A DNA stretch of 64,000 nucleotides, taken from NCBI GenBank assembly GCA_964570765.1, contig CAZMZF010000010.1, positions 19,345-83,344 of the forward strand, in the 5' to 3' direction. Positions 1 through 10,489 of the stretch are shown one piece after another. Positions within the stretch are counted from its first letter, which is position 1. Each line of letters opens with the position of its first letter. The notes below the pieces were generated by a model. It had not been told where the DNA came from and made no database searches. It worked only from the letters and a program-made list of their open reading frames with translations. A program made the position numbers and the translations under genes. This stretch comes from an uncultured Ignavibacteria bacterium (GTDB lineage: Bacteria > Zixibacteria > MSB-5A5 > RBG-16-43-9).

Positions 1-837
1 CAGAGAGGGATAGGCTCGATCTTTTCTTTCTTCGAGGTTTTCCCGGGTCTGAGATTAGTCTATCAGGATAGATATGAGAAAATCATTATAAAGGATATAG
101 CGGTGCATTCGGTTCCGCACTGTCTTTCGCCAGCTACTTTTCAATCAGAGCTCGAGAAGATAGAGATAGACAAGGAGACTCGTTTCAATGTCCTGACACT
201 ACACGGCGTAATCTCCGGTATAAAGGAATTCTCTATGGGAGAACTTGCAGAATTAGAAATACCTTCCTCTCTTTTTAAAAAAGGGTTCGATTACGTAGCT
301 TTAGGCCATTACCATCGCTATACCCAGGTTGAGAAAAATGTCTATTACGCTGGTTCAACTGAGAGGATTACCATGGCGGAATTAGGTCAGGAAAAAGGTT
401 TTGTAGAATTTGACCTTTTATCAAAAAAGATAAATTTCCATAAAGTTCCAACTCGTCCGATGATCGACCTCCCCTCTGTAAATGCTGAAGGAAAAGATCA
501 GGAACAAATTTTAGTGGAAATAGAAAAATTGCTTGAGCAGAATGACATTAAGGATAAAATAGTTCGTTTAAAAGTTGCTCAGATCCCTACCTACGTCTAT
601 AATTCTCTGAATTTCAGAAAACTATCTGAGCTCAAAGCTCAGGCTTTTTATTTAGATTTAAAATTTGAAAAGAAAGAGGAGAAAGAAACGGATTTCTCAA
701 CCCAGACCAGCATAGGTAAATTAACTGAGGAGTTTAACCAGTATCTTAAGGAATATATCGTCGAAGATTTAAAAAGAGAAAAACTCCAGGAATTAGGTTT
801 AAAATATTTATATGAGAAAAGAGGAAAAGAGGAATAA
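1..837 (+). CDS. sbcD: DNA repair exonuclease SbcD/Mre11-family, 5'-truncated at the window edge. The frame is open from nt 1; the ORF track begins at 103.
   Basis: The GHYH phosphoesterase motif (VALGHYHRY) and a Mre11-like C-terminal region are present. The gene sits immediately upstream of an SbcC/Rad50 gene. Confidence 0.7.
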   Translation, partial: QRGIGSIFSFFEVFPGLRLVYQDRYEKIIIKDIAVHSVPHCLSPATFQSELEKIEIDKETRFNVLTLHGVISGIKEFSMGELAELEIPSSLFKKGFDYVALGHYHRYTQVEKNVYYAGSTERITMAELGQEKGFVEFDLLSKKINFHKVPTRPMIDLPSVNAEGKDQEQILVEIEKLLEQNDIKDKIVRLKVAQIPTYVYNSLNFRKLSELKAQAFYLDLKFEKKEEKETDFSTQTSIGKLTEEFNQYLKEYIVEDLKREKLQELGLKYLYEKRGKEE

Positions 838-910
838 GAAGTCTAAAGGCTAAAGTCAACAGTCTAAAGGCTTAAGACTTTAGACTATAGCCTCAAGACT
901 ATAGACTGTT

Positions 911-3304
911 ATGTACTTGCAATCGATTCAATTGGAAAATTATAGACGTTTTAAATCTGCCCAGACCGATTTCCCAGATGGGATAGTAGGTATAATCGGG
1001 ACCAATGGAGCTGGGAAATCGACCCTGATGGAAGCTATTGCCTGGACTTTATATGGAAATGAGGCTGCCCGAACTGGAAAAGACGAGATAAAAAGGATAA
1101 ATGCAAAACCTCAAGAGGTTAGCCGGGTTATTCTGGATTTCGAACTTCAGGGCGAAAACTATCGGGTAGTTAGAGAGTTAAAAGGTGCTTCCAATCAACA
1201 AGATTCTTCAGTCTTAATTAACGGTAAGGTAGTGGCCAGGGGAGTAACTCCGGTTAATGATTTTATCGAAAAAACCCTGGATATGGATTACAGAGCTTTT
1301 GTCACCTCTTTCTATGCGCCTCAAAAAGAATTAAACATTCTATCCGATTTTCCACCCTATAAGCGCAAGGAGATCTTAGCCCGAATGTTAGGAATAGAAA
1401 GAATTGACTCCGCTTTGAAGGATTTACGCAATGATATTAGGGAGATAAAGTTAAGGGTTGAGGTCAACGAAACACATCTGAAAGATATAAATGAGCTAAG
1501 TAACAAGAAAAAAGATGTTGAAGAAGAACTCAAGAATTTCTCTAATATCATAAATGAAGAAGAAAAGAGTTTTCAGGTAGAAGAGATTAGTTTGAGGGCA
1601 ATCGAAGAGGAACTTAAAAAGAAAAAGGGGGAGTCAGAAGTTTTCAATAAATTTAAAAACGACCTTTCGGTCAAAGAGGCTTTATCAGCCGAACTTATTA
1701 TGCAGATAACCAAGGGCAAAAAAGAAATTGAGACATTTGAAAATCTCACCCCAGAATTGGATGAGATTGAAAAAGAAGTGAAAGCTTACCCTCAGGTAAA
1801 AGAAGATTTTATGGTATATGAAGGTCTTAAGCTCAAGGCTGAACAGAGAAAAAATATTCTAATCCAAGTAGAAAACATTCTCCAATCCATGGATAAAGAC
1901 AAGAAAAGAATTGAAACTTTAGAACTAACCAGAATTGATTTAGAGAAGAAAAATAAAACTTCAGACGAGTTAAAAATTAAATCCCTGGAGATTGAACAGC
2001 AATTAGAAAAAACCAGGTCGGAATTCGTTCAGGTTCAATCTGATTATAAGGTAAGCTTAGAAGAACAGAATAAGGTTCAAACCCAGCTTGAAAGCATAGA
2101 GAAATTAGGCCCGGATTCAATCTGTGATCGCTGCTTAAGGCCAATGGGAGCAGATTACCCAAAAATTAAAAATCATCTTAACCTAGAACTGGAGAGGATA
2201 AAGAATAATTTAGGTTCAATCCTGGACGAGCGAAAGAGAATAGAAGATAAGGGGAAGGAGCTTAAAAAAGGGAAAATGAACTTGGAGGAAAATATAGGTA
2301 GGTTGCAAAAAGAGATAGAACAACTTTTGAAAGAAAAAGGTGAACAGGAAACCTTAAAGAAAAACCTTTTGGACAAGGAAAATAATCTTTCGTTCTTACA
2401 GGAAAATTTGAAAAATCTGGGTGAATTTAATTACGATACTGCAGTTCATTTGGAATTGAAAACAAATATGGAAAGGTTAGAGGTACTCAGAGAAAAATAT
2501 CTGGCGTTAAATCAAGAAAGGAATAAATTACCCCAGCTAAAACAGAACCTGGCTCAATTAGAAAAAAAACTAACAGATCTTGATATGGAGATTGAAACGC
2601 TTAAGGAGAAAATTAAGCTTCTCTCATATTCCGGGGAAGAACTCAAAGGCGTTGAGAAGAGAGTGGAAGATAAAAGGTCAAAAGTTCATCAGTTAGAGCT
2701 GAATTTAAAAGACCTCTATTACCAGAAGGAGCTTTTTTCCCTGGAACTTGAGAAAATTGAGAAGGAGATAGAAGAAACCCAGAAGCTAAAAGGAGAGCTT
2801 AAATCTTTGGGCGAGGATAAGCTTTATTTAGAAAAATTAGATGAAATCTTAGTAGGTTTTAAGACTTCTTTGATCTCCAGGATCAGACCAGCTCTCTCAG
2901 TTTATGCTAAAGAACTTTTTATTGAGTTAACTGATGGAAGATATGAAGATTTAGAGCTGAACGATGAGTATGAGATTTTCATCTTCGATCAAGGGGAGAA
3001 ATTCTCAATTGAGCGTTTTTCTGGCGGTGAAAAGGATCTGGCAAACCTGTGTCTAAGGCTGGCGATTTCCCTTTTGATCTCTGAATCCAGCGGGGTGGAG
3101 TTCTCCTTTATAATTTTAGATGAGATCTTCGGGAGTCAGGATGATTCCCGCAAAGAAAATATCCTCAAAGGGCTGGCTAAACTGAAGAATAGATTCAGGC
3201 AGATATTTTTAATCACCCATATAGATGACATCAAAGATTCAGTCGAAAACTTAATTACTGTTCTGGAAAACGAGGACGGTACCAGCCAAATCGTTCTCCA
3301 GTAA
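911..3304 (+). CDS. sbcC: SbcC/Rad50-family DNA repair ATPase
   Basis: N-terminal Walker A (GTNGAGKST). Long coiled-coil region with a central CxxC zinc hook (CDRC). C-terminal ABC signature (FSGGEKDLANLCLRLA) and Walker B (IILDEIF). Confidence 0.85.
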   Translation: MYLQSIQLENYRRFKSAQTDFPDGIVGIIGTNGAGKSTLMEAIAWTLYGNEAARTGKDEIKRINAKPQEVSRVILDFELQGENYRVVRELKGASNQQDSSVLINGKVVARGVTPVNDFIEKTLDMDYRAFVTSFYAPQKELNILSDFPPYKRKEILARMLGIERIDSALKDLRNDIREIKLRVEVNETHLKDINELSNKKKDVEEELKNFSNIINEEEKSFQVEEISLRAIEEELKKKKGESEVFNKFKNDLSVKEALSAELIMQITKGKKEIETFENLTPELDEIEKEVKAYPQVKEDFMVYEGLKLKAEQRKNILIQVENILQSMDKDKKRIETLELTRIDLEKKNKTSDELKIKSLEIEQQLEKTRSEFVQVQSDYKVSLEEQNKVQTQLESIEKLGPDSICDRCLRPMGADYPKIKNHLNLELERIKNNLGSILDERKRIEDKGKELKKGKMNLEENIGRLQKEIEQLLKEKGEQETLKKNLLDKENNLSFLQENLKNLGEFNYDTAVHLELKTNMERLEVLREKYLALNQERNKLPQLKQNLAQLEKKLTDLDMEIETLKEKIKLLSYSGEELKGVEKRVEDKRSKVHQLELNLKDLYYQKELFSLELEKIEKEIEETQKLKGELKSLGEDKLYLEKLDEILVGFKTSLISRIRPALSVYAKELFIELTDGRYEDLELNDEYEIFIFDQGEKFSIERFSGGEKDLANLCLRLAISLLISESSGVEFSFIILDEIFGSQDDSRKENILKGLAKLKNRFRQIFLITHIDDIKDSVENLITVLENEDGTSQIVLQ

Positions 3305-3513
3305 AAAAGTAGACAGTAGATAGTAGACAGGATAAATCACCGTCGAAGGAAGTATCGGTGGTCTCTTGACCAATGGTAAGCAGGAGTTTATTCTTTGTAA
3401 AACTCTCTAATTGTTCATCTTTAATACAGCGATTACCCTCAAGGATTCACAGTTTTTCCGATAATATAAATGATTAGCTTGTTTAAAAATTTCAACTTTA
3501 AAGAGGTAAACTT

Positions 3514-4875
3514 ATGCCCTCCATTCTTGTAATTGATGATAAAGAGAGCATGCGCCAGATGCTGGCTAAAACCTTGGAGTCAGAAGGATTTGAGGTGGAT
3601 ACGGCCAGGGATGGAGAGGGGGGGTTGGATAAGGCTAAAGAGAAAAGGTTTGATTTAATCTTAACTGATTTGAAACTTCCCAAGATGGATGGCCTGGAGG
3701 TTTTGTCTTCTATCAAAGATTTAGATCCAGAGGTAGCGGTCATAGTGATGACTGCCTATGGAACTATTGAGACTGCGGTTCAAGCCATAAAGCAAGGTGC
3801 CTTTGATTTCTTGACCAAACCTTTTGATGTAGATCACCTGCATGTCCTGATTCAAAGAGCCTTAGAAAATCGACGACTTCTTGCAGAGAATGTTCTTTTA
3901 AGAGAAGAGCTGGCTCACAACTTAGGGTTTACTGAAATAATCGGTAAATCCGAAAAGATGAAAGAGGTAACCAGACTTGTAAAGAAGGTAGCTTCTAGTG
4001 ATACCACAGTATTACTCTTAGGCGAAAGTGGCACCGGCAAAGAACTTTTTGCCAGGGCAATTCATAGCCTGAGCCCTCGAAAAAGTGGACCTTATGTGGC
4101 AATAAATTGTGCGGCTATACCCAGAGAGCTATTAGAGAATGAACTTTTCGGTTCAGAAAGAGGAGCATATACTGGTGCGGTTACCAGAAAGATGGGTAAA
4201 TTCGAAATAGCTGAAAAGGGAACAATTTTTTTGGATGAAATAGGTGATTTAGATATTGCTTTACAGGCTAAGATCTTGAGGGTTTTGCAGGAGAAAAGGT
4301 TCGAGAGATTAGGCGGAACAAAGACTATAAATATAGATGTGCGGGTGATTGCCGCTTCTAATTTTGACCTTAAAAAAGCAATCGAGAAAAAGGATTTTAG
4401 AGAAGACCTTTATTATAGATTATCGGTTTTCCCAATTCACATTCCTCCTTTAAGAGAAAGGAGGGAGGATATCCCAGAATTGGCTGATTTTTTCATTCGT
4501 AAATATTGTTTAGAGATGAAAAAGGATAAAAAAAGTCTTTCCAAAGAAGCTTTAAGCCTGATGGATAAATATCACTGGCCCGGAAATGTGCGTGAATTAG
4601 AAAACACAATCGAGAGAGCAATTATCTTATGTGAAGGTAAAAAGATTTTGCCGGAACACTTAGCTATAAGGCTCCCCTCAAATTCAGAGATAAGGTTAAG
4701 AGAAGGGGCTGGCTTGAAAGAGGTGAGCCAGTATGCTCAGGCAGAGGCTGAAAGAGCGATGATTTTAAGAGTGTTAAACCAGACTAGGGGGAATAAAAGA
4801 AAAACCGCAGAAATTCTGAAGATAGATTATACCACGTTATTCGAGAAGATTAAGAAGTATAGTATCGATGCCTAA
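3514..4875 (+). CDS. Sigma-54-dependent response regulator of the NtrC/PilR family. No cognate kinase is adjacent.
   Basis: CheY-like receiver domain with a phospho-acceptor Asp (LILTDLKLP). AAA+ sigma-54 activator domain (GESGTGKELFARAIH, GAFDF motif). C-terminal Fis-type HTH. Confidence 0.85.
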   Translation: MPSILVIDDKESMRQMLAKTLESEGFEVDTARDGEGGLDKAKEKRFDLILTDLKLPKMDGLEVLSSIKDLDPEVAVIVMTAYGTIETAVQAIKQGAFDFLTKPFDVDHLHVLIQRALENRRLLAENVLLREELAHNLGFTEIIGKSEKMKEVTRLVKKVASSDTTVLLLGESGTGKELFARAIHSLSPRKSGPYVAINCAAIPRELLENELFGSERGAYTGAVTRKMGKFEIAEKGTIFLDEIGDLDIALQAKILRVLQEKRFERLGGTKTINIDVRVIAASNFDLKKAIEKKDFREDLYYRLSVFPIHIPPLRERREDIPELADFFIRKYCLEMKKDKKSLSKEALSLMDKYHWPGNVRELENTIERAIILCEGKKILPEHLAIRLPSNSEIRLREGAGLKEVSQYAQAEAERAMILRVLNQTRGNKRKTAEILKIDYTTLFEKIKKYSIDA

Positions 4876-5220
4876 ACGAGATGACGAATGACGGATTACG
4901 GATGACGAATATTAAATAGTTTGTAGGTCAAGCATGTCCCAAGGACTGCTTGACAAAATAATTCTCAGAACGATAGTTTATAGGGCAAGGTTAAAAGACT
5001 TGCTTTTTTTGATAAATAAAAACGTCCCGACAGAAGCTGGGACGCTACGAACTGCAAACTGTAAGGGCAGACCTGTCCTGCATATCCGTTTTAGGATGTG
5101 TCTGCCCTGATTATTTATACAAAATGTTGTAAGGTTTTAATATTTTGAACCCTTTTAATTTAATTGTAGAGACGCATTGCAATGCGTCTCTACAAATGCT
5201 GAAGGTTTTCTCTACATTTA

Positions 5221-6897
5221 TTAATAAGAACAGGGCTCCGGTCCGCCTTTAAAAAGATAATTTATCAGATAAACTACATCTGAAATAGTGGTATTCTGGT
5301 CGCAGTTGACGTCTCCTCTATACAGAAGGTATGGCGATGGTCCGCCTTTAAGCAGATAGTTGATTAAAAAGACCACATCTGAAACGCTCGGATGCCCATT
5401 TCGATTTACGTCTCCAGTGCTAAAAGAATATTGAACTGCGGCTAAAAGGTCTATTAACCCCCAGCCGTAAGTGTTGTTAGGAGTAAGGGCATTATTAGCC
5501 GTATAGATCAAAGCCTCTCTTACCTTCCAGGGAACCCAGTCTGGATGAGCTGAGAGCAGAACTGCGGCGCATCCTCCTACTAAAGGAGTTGAAAGAGATG
5601 TTCCACCTACATATCCAAAGGTATTGGTGTCAGTAGCTGTGGCACAATAAGTGCTAACCCCTCTGGCTACTACTTCAGGCTTAATTCTTCCGTCACCCGT
5701 TGGTCCTCGTGAACTGAAACTGGCAATCGTGCCTGAGCTATTCACCGCTCCGCAAGAGATAATAGAGTCAGCATCTGCGGGAGTTATTAAAGTGGTATCT
5801 CCGGGACCTTCATTCCCCATAGCATTACAGACCACTATTCCTAAACTGGCGGCTATATCTGCGGCTATAGTTGTTACTGCAGTATTACCATCTAATTGCT
5901 GGCGGGTATAAGTGAAACCATCATCAAAATCAAGATAACCCAGAGAGCTGGAGATAACATCTGCGCCAATACTGTCGGCCCACTCCATCCCGGCTACCCA
6001 GTTATCCTCTTCTATCCGGGTTTCGGTTGGAACATATTCGGTTTTAGCTAAGATAAAGTTAGCTTTATAAGCTGGACCATATAGGGTTCCATCTATTTCT
6101 CCACCTAAAGCTGACCAGGTGTAGGTTCCGTGATTATGTTGACTTGTCGCATCCTGTCCGGGCTCATTCTGGGTATTAGTGTCGAGATTTATAAAATCGT
6201 ATTCAGCTAAAACTCTTCCTTCTGAAAAAGCAGATTTAAAAGCTTTATGGTCTTTTCTAAAGCCGGTATCCATCATACAGACTAAAACTCCCTGTCCATT
6301 ATAACCTAAAGCATGCACTGCCGGAACGTTTATCTGCTGGAGTTGATCATAGGATGGACCATAATTAATTGGAACCAAAGGCTTCCATTGAGGTTGAACT
6401 TCTTCTTTTATAGGTTTGCGAATATATGTAAGGACAGGCTTTATAGATTTGATAAAGGGAAGGAGAGCTATCTGTTCTAATATATTCTGGGAGACCTCAA
6501 AGCTAACCGCATTAAGCCAGCGACTTGGCTGACGCAATTTAGCTCCTAAAGTGGTTATCCTCTCAATGTATGGGTGGTGCATCGGTAAATCTATAAAACT
6601 TACCAGTTCACCTTTGATAGACTTGGCTCTGCGTTGTAAGGATTTTACAGGAAAAAGATTTTGAGTCCTGCTCTTTGCTTTCACATAGCTTTCCTGGTCA
6701 AAAATTCCTTTATCAGTGAAATAGACCCAGACTTTGACCTTTTCATCAGAGGGTTTATTTGATAAATAGGTTCTTAGTTCTGGAGAGATAACTGGATAAT
6801 CCTTAGTATTGACTAAAGGTTTCTCAACACTCCAGGATAAAGTAACGTTGATAAATAGAAAGAATGATAAGAAGAGAAGATTCCTGCCTTTACACAT
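5221..6897 (-). CDS. Secreted subtilisin-like (S8) serine protease with an I9-like propeptide and a C-terminal tandem dockerin-like module
   Basis: Signal peptide. Catalytic triad motifs DTG (VCMMDTGF), HGT (HNHGTYT) and GTSxSxP (GGTSLSTPLV). C-terminal duplicated segment GDVNxxG...SDVVxLINYLxKGGP, a type-I dockerin signature. Confidence 0.8.
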   Translation of the reverse strand: MCKGRNLLFLSFFLFINVTLSWSVEKPLVNTKDYPVISPELRTYLSNKPSDEKVKVWVYFTDKGIFDQESYVKAKSRTQNLFPVKSLQRRAKSIKGELVSFIDLPMHHPYIERITTLGAKLRQPSRWLNAVSFEVSQNILEQIALLPFIKSIKPVLTYIRKPIKEEVQPQWKPLVPINYGPSYDQLQQINVPAVHALGYNGQGVLVCMMDTGFRKDHKAFKSAFSEGRVLAEYDFINLDTNTQNEPGQDATSQHNHGTYTWSALGGEIDGTLYGPAYKANFILAKTEYVPTETRIEEDNWVAGMEWADSIGADVISSSLGYLDFDDGFTYTRQQLDGNTAVTTIAADIAASLGIVVCNAMGNEGPGDTTLITPADADSIISCGAVNSSGTIASFSSRGPTGDGRIKPEVVARGVSTYCATATDTNTFGYVGGTSLSTPLVGGCAAVLLSAHPDWVPWKVREALIYTANNALTPNNTYGWGLIDLLAAVQYSFSTGDVNRNGHPSVSDVVFLINYLLKGGPSPYLLYRGDVNCDQNTTISDVVYLINYLFKGGPEPCSY

Positions 6898-7214
6898 CTA
6901 AGACCTCCTTAAAATTAAGTTCCGAAAGTCAATGCTCTCATTTTATAATTTAACCAAAATCCCGATTTTGTCAACCTATCAATAACTTAATACGAATAAA
7001 GTTTGATCTAAAGTATGGGGAAATTCCCATATCCTGTAGAGATTAGCCAATTTATTGAAACAGAATTGTAGAGATGTCCAATTAACTCTTCAGAGAGAGA
7101 GTCGAATCCTAAGTGGATTAATGACTTATATAAGTTGAACTTGTATCCTAATAATAACTTATTGGCATAGTTATTGCTCAATGATTTGTTGGTTTCTAGA
7201 GAAAAGGAGAAACG

Positions 7215-7607
7215 ATGCTACAAAGATTTAAAAATATAAAGGGGCTTAGTCTTTTAGAGGTCTTAGTGGCAATGTTGATTTTAGCCTTTGGAGTATTAGG
7301 TCTGGCACCTATGATTGTTACTACGATGTTCTCAGGTAGTTATTCTAATGATGTAACCAAGGCTAATGTCATAGCTCAGGATAAGTTGGAATTTATGAAG
7401 AATTTAGTTTCTTTCAACCCTCTACCCTGGATTGAGGTGACCAGTAATCTCAACGGGACTTTCACACGAACTACCAGAGTGGATGTTGATACGACAGACA
7501 TATCAGTGCCGGCTGGGGTATATCGTATCAAGATAACTATTAACTGGACAGATAAAGTAGGTAAGACCAGAACAGTAAACTATTATACCTATAAGATGAG
7601 AACTTAA
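7215..7607 (+). CDS. pilV: Type IV pilus minor pilin, PilV-like
   Basis: Class III prepilin N-terminus (KG|LSLLEVLVAMLI) with Glu at +5. The protein is short with a hydrophobic N-terminal helix. It is the first gene of the minor-pilin cluster. Confidence 0.55.
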   Translation: MLQRFKNIKGLSLLEVLVAMLILAFGVLGLAPMIVTTMFSGSYSNDVTKANVIAQDKLEFMKNLVSFNPLPWIEVTSNLNGTFTRTTRVDVDTTDISVPAGVYRIKITINWTDKVGKTRTVNYYTYKMRT

Positions 7608-7608
7608 A

Positions 7609-8151
7609 ATGAGATTCAAGTTTAAAGTAAATCCAGTTAATAGCCAGAAAGGTTTAAGCTTGGTTGAGCTTTTGATTGCTGCTACCCTGACAGTTCTAAT
7701 CGGATCAGTTATGTTAGACTTCTATATATCCCAGCATAACCAGTTTTTAGTGCAGGAGGAGATCTCCGATATGCAGCAGAACGGTCGGGTAGCTATGGAC
7801 GAGATCGCAAAAAATATAAGAAAAGCTGGATACGGATTGACAGGACAACCTTCGATCTCCGTTGGGGCTGATACTTTAAAGGTCTATTTTATGAATGGCT
7901 CCCAAACTGATACCATAGCTTACTATATCTCCAGGGCAGATGCCCTGCATCCAAATCTAATGAAAAAGGTAGGTTCAGGTTCAGCTCAAGTCTTTGCTGA
8001 AAACATAGACTCACTTAAGTTTACCCAAAGTGGTAAATTAATCTATGTGAGGATTGTTGCCAGAGAAAATACAAAACATGATCATTTCCTCGGAGACAAA
8101 TATCGTCGAAGAATTTTAAGCTCTAACGTTAAGGTAAGGAATGACCTCTAA
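7609..8151 (+). CDS. pilW: Type IV pilus minor pilin, PilW-like
   Basis: Prepilin N-terminus (QKG|LSLVELLIA). PilW-like core (QQNGRVAMDEIAKNIRKAGY). The start is 1 nt after the pilV stop. Confidence 0.55.
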   Translation: MRFKFKVNPVNSQKGLSLVELLIAATLTVLIGSVMLDFYISQHNQFLVQEEISDMQQNGRVAMDEIAKNIRKAGYGLTGQPSISVGADTLKVYFMNGSQTDTIAYYISRADALHPNLMKKVGSGSAQVFAENIDSLKFTQSGKLIYVRIVARENTKHDHFLGDKYRRRILSSNVKVRNDL

Positions 8152-9811
8152 AGGAGAAAAAATGAAAAGATTTATTAATGAAGAAAAAGGGTCAGCTTTA
8201 CTTTTAGCCTTGATCATAATGGTTATGCTAGCTTTCGTTTTTATAGCAGCATTAACCACCTCGGTTACTGATATGGACATCTCAAAGAACCAGAAAGAGA
8301 GAACTTCTGCTTTTTATATGGCTGAATCAGGTTTAGAGTTAGGGATGGGTGTGCTGAAAGGTCACCCGAATATGTTGAATAATGATTCCTTAGAAGCATT
8401 GATAAATGCCAGCTCTAATTTGGGTAACGGAAGCTTTAGTGTAGACGTTACCGGCACAGCCCCATATAAAACCCTGACCTCTGATGGGAATTCATCTGAA
8501 GGGCAGAGTCAGGTTCAGGTAATGGTAAAGAGGAAAAAAGATCCATTTAATATCTGGAATAATATAGTTTTTGCTGGAGTAGGTCAATCAGGACACAGTA
8601 TAGCTGGAAATGTCTCTTTTCACGGACCAGTCCATATCCTGGGAGAGGGTGAGCCATTTACTGACTCTAATGGCAATGGAAGTTGGGATCCGTCTGATAC
8701 TTACACTGATTTAAACGGAAATGGAGTATGGAACTCGGGAGAGCCTCTTTCGACCGACTCAGACGGAGATGGAGTATGGGACCCTACTGAACCATATACA
8801 GACTCAAATGGAAACGGTTTATACGATGGAACCCTTACTGCTGTGGACTTAGCCTACGAACTTACCGGAACTGCCAGAATTTACAATAACTATACAGGCA
8901 TAACCTCAGCCTTATCCTCAAGGATACCGCCTATAGATACAACCACTTTTAATGGTGAGCTGGTAAATACTCTGGATGCTGAACTCAGAGTAAAACACGG
9001 ACAGGTAAGTTTATCTGGATCTGCAACTGTGGGACAACCTAATGCTTCCGGTAATAGTGTAAAAGAGACGATGGATGGATGTTATGTTAGTGATGGGTAT
9101 ACCGGGAATAAAGGAGCTAACCAAGTTTATTCAGATAATGGAACAAATCAAGGTTATGATTTAGAAGACGGTCCGAGCTTTCCTAATCTAAGTGATGCTT
9201 TTACGGATCCGATAAGTGGAACTTCGTACCCGTCGTTCCAAAATTATTTGTATAATAATGCTCTGGTTATAAATGGGAATGTAAATTTAACACCTGGAAC
9301 TTCCTATCCAGCTCAATCTAATTCCAAGGGGAGTATCTATTTAGATAATAGTGGCAATTTACAGATCAGTGGAATAGTCTATGTAACCGGCAATATTAAT
9401 ATCAATAATGGTAGTGGTGGAAATAAAAGCACTCCTATCTTATTCGACGGAAGAGGAACTATGGTCTCGGCTGGGGACATCAATATCAGCACCCATGTTT
9501 TATCCAAGGGGATGTTCCCTACAGACGATGTGATAGGCTTTGTTTCTGCTAATAACCTGAATATTGGAACCGGCTCAGGCGATTCACATCTGAATATTAT
9601 GGGTGCCTTATACGCTCAGGAGAAAATTTCTAATGCCAAGCAGAATCAAATAGCCGGCGCTATGGTTTCAAGTTATTTCGATATTAAAAATGTGCCAGAC
9701 CTATTTCATGTGCCTGCTATAGTTGATAATTTACCTCCAGGCATGCCAGGAGGAGGGACTTCTTATAAATATACTTATCAAATAGTACCCAATAGCTGGA
9801 GAGAATTATAA
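8141..9811 (+). CDS. pilX: PilX-like minor pilin fused to a long Ca-binding (DxDxDG/NGNG) repeat region, PilY1-like in role
   Basis: PilX_N-like N-terminus (EKGSALLLALIIMVMLAF...SAFYMAESGLE). Central repeats DSNGNGSWDPSD / DLNGNGVWNSGEP / DSDGDGVWDPTEP / DSNGNGLYDG. The gene overlaps the pilW end. Confidence 0.5.
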   Translation: MTSKGEKMKRFINEEKGSALLLALIIMVMLAFVFIAALTTSVTDMDISKNQKERTSAFYMAESGLELGMGVLKGHPNMLNNDSLEALINASSNLGNGSFSVDVTGTAPYKTLTSDGNSSEGQSQVQVMVKRKKDPFNIWNNIVFAGVGQSGHSIAGNVSFHGPVHILGEGEPFTDSNGNGSWDPSDTYTDLNGNGVWNSGEPLSTDSDGDGVWDPTEPYTDSNGNGLYDGTLTAVDLAYELTGTARIYNNYTGITSALSSRIPPIDTTTFNGELVNTLDAELRVKHGQVSLSGSATVGQPNASGNSVKETMDGCYVSDGYTGNKGANQVYSDNGTNQGYDLEDGPSFPNLSDAFTDPISGTSYPSFQNYLYNNALVINGNVNLTPGTSYPAQSNSKGSIYLDNSGNLQISGIVYVTGNININNGSGGNKSTPILFDGRGTMVSAGDINISTHVLSKGMFPTDDVIGFVSANNLNIGTGSGDSHLNIMGALYAQEKISNAKQNQIAGAMVSSYFDIKNVPDLFHVPAIVDNLPPGMPGGGTSYKYTYQIVPNSWREL

Positions 9812-9833
9812 AATATTAAACGAGGTAAGTAAA

Positions 9834-10319
9834 ATGTTATTAAAGAAGAATCAAAAAGGATTTACTTTCATCGAGTTGATGATTGTGGTGGTGATAATAG
9901 GAATTATGGCAGCCCTGGCTGCAGGACGTTTTGACAAGTTCTTTCTCAACCAGAAGCTTAAATCCAAAGGTAGAGACCTGCTTTCCAGCCTGCGTTTAGC
10001 CCGTTCTTATGCAGTAGCACGCAGAGCTTCCTATGGCATCTATTTTGATTTGAATAATCGTCAATATATCCTGTTTAAAGATGTAGTGAATCCATCATCT
10101 TATACCTATGATTCCGGAGACTCGGTTTTAAAAACTGAGCCATTGTCTAATATATTTTCTTTTAATAACTGTACTTTTACTAATACAGCGGTGATTTACC
10201 TTTCAACCGGATCTGCCTCTTCCTCTGGAGCTGTGGATATCTATAATTCAGAGCTCTCTAAATATGTAAGGGTAGATGTTCTGGCAAGCACCGGAAGAGC
10301 TCGTCTAACCAAAAGTTAA
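9834..10319 (+). CDS. fimT: GspH/FimT-family pseudopilin
   Basis: Prepilin N-terminus (KG|FTFIELMIVVVIIGI). FimT/GspH-like LRLARSYAV segment. Confidence 0.6.
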   Translation: MLLKKNQKGFTFIELMIVVVIIGIMAALAAGRFDKFFLNQKLKSKGRDLLSSLRLARSYAVARRASYGIYFDLNNRQYILFKDVVNPSSYTYDSGDSVLKTEPLSNIFSFNNCTFTNTAVIYLSTGSASSSGAVDIYNSELSKYVRVDVLASTGRARLTKS

Positions 10320-10489
10320 TATATTTAATAAAAAATGTTTTTCCAAAACTATTAAAAGTATATTTTTTATCATATTTAAATCGTACTAAAAAAATTCTAT
10401 TTTTCCTCTTAATATTTTAAAAAAATAGTCGATAAAGAAATTAGTGATTTAAAGATTAAAAACGAAAAACATTTTTCAAAGAAAAAGAT

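Noticed and set aside
838-910. Short imperfect direct repeats (gtctaaaggct x2, agactatag x2) between sbcD and sbcC.
   Set aside because: Too short and degenerate to call. This is probably low-complexity spacer sequence.
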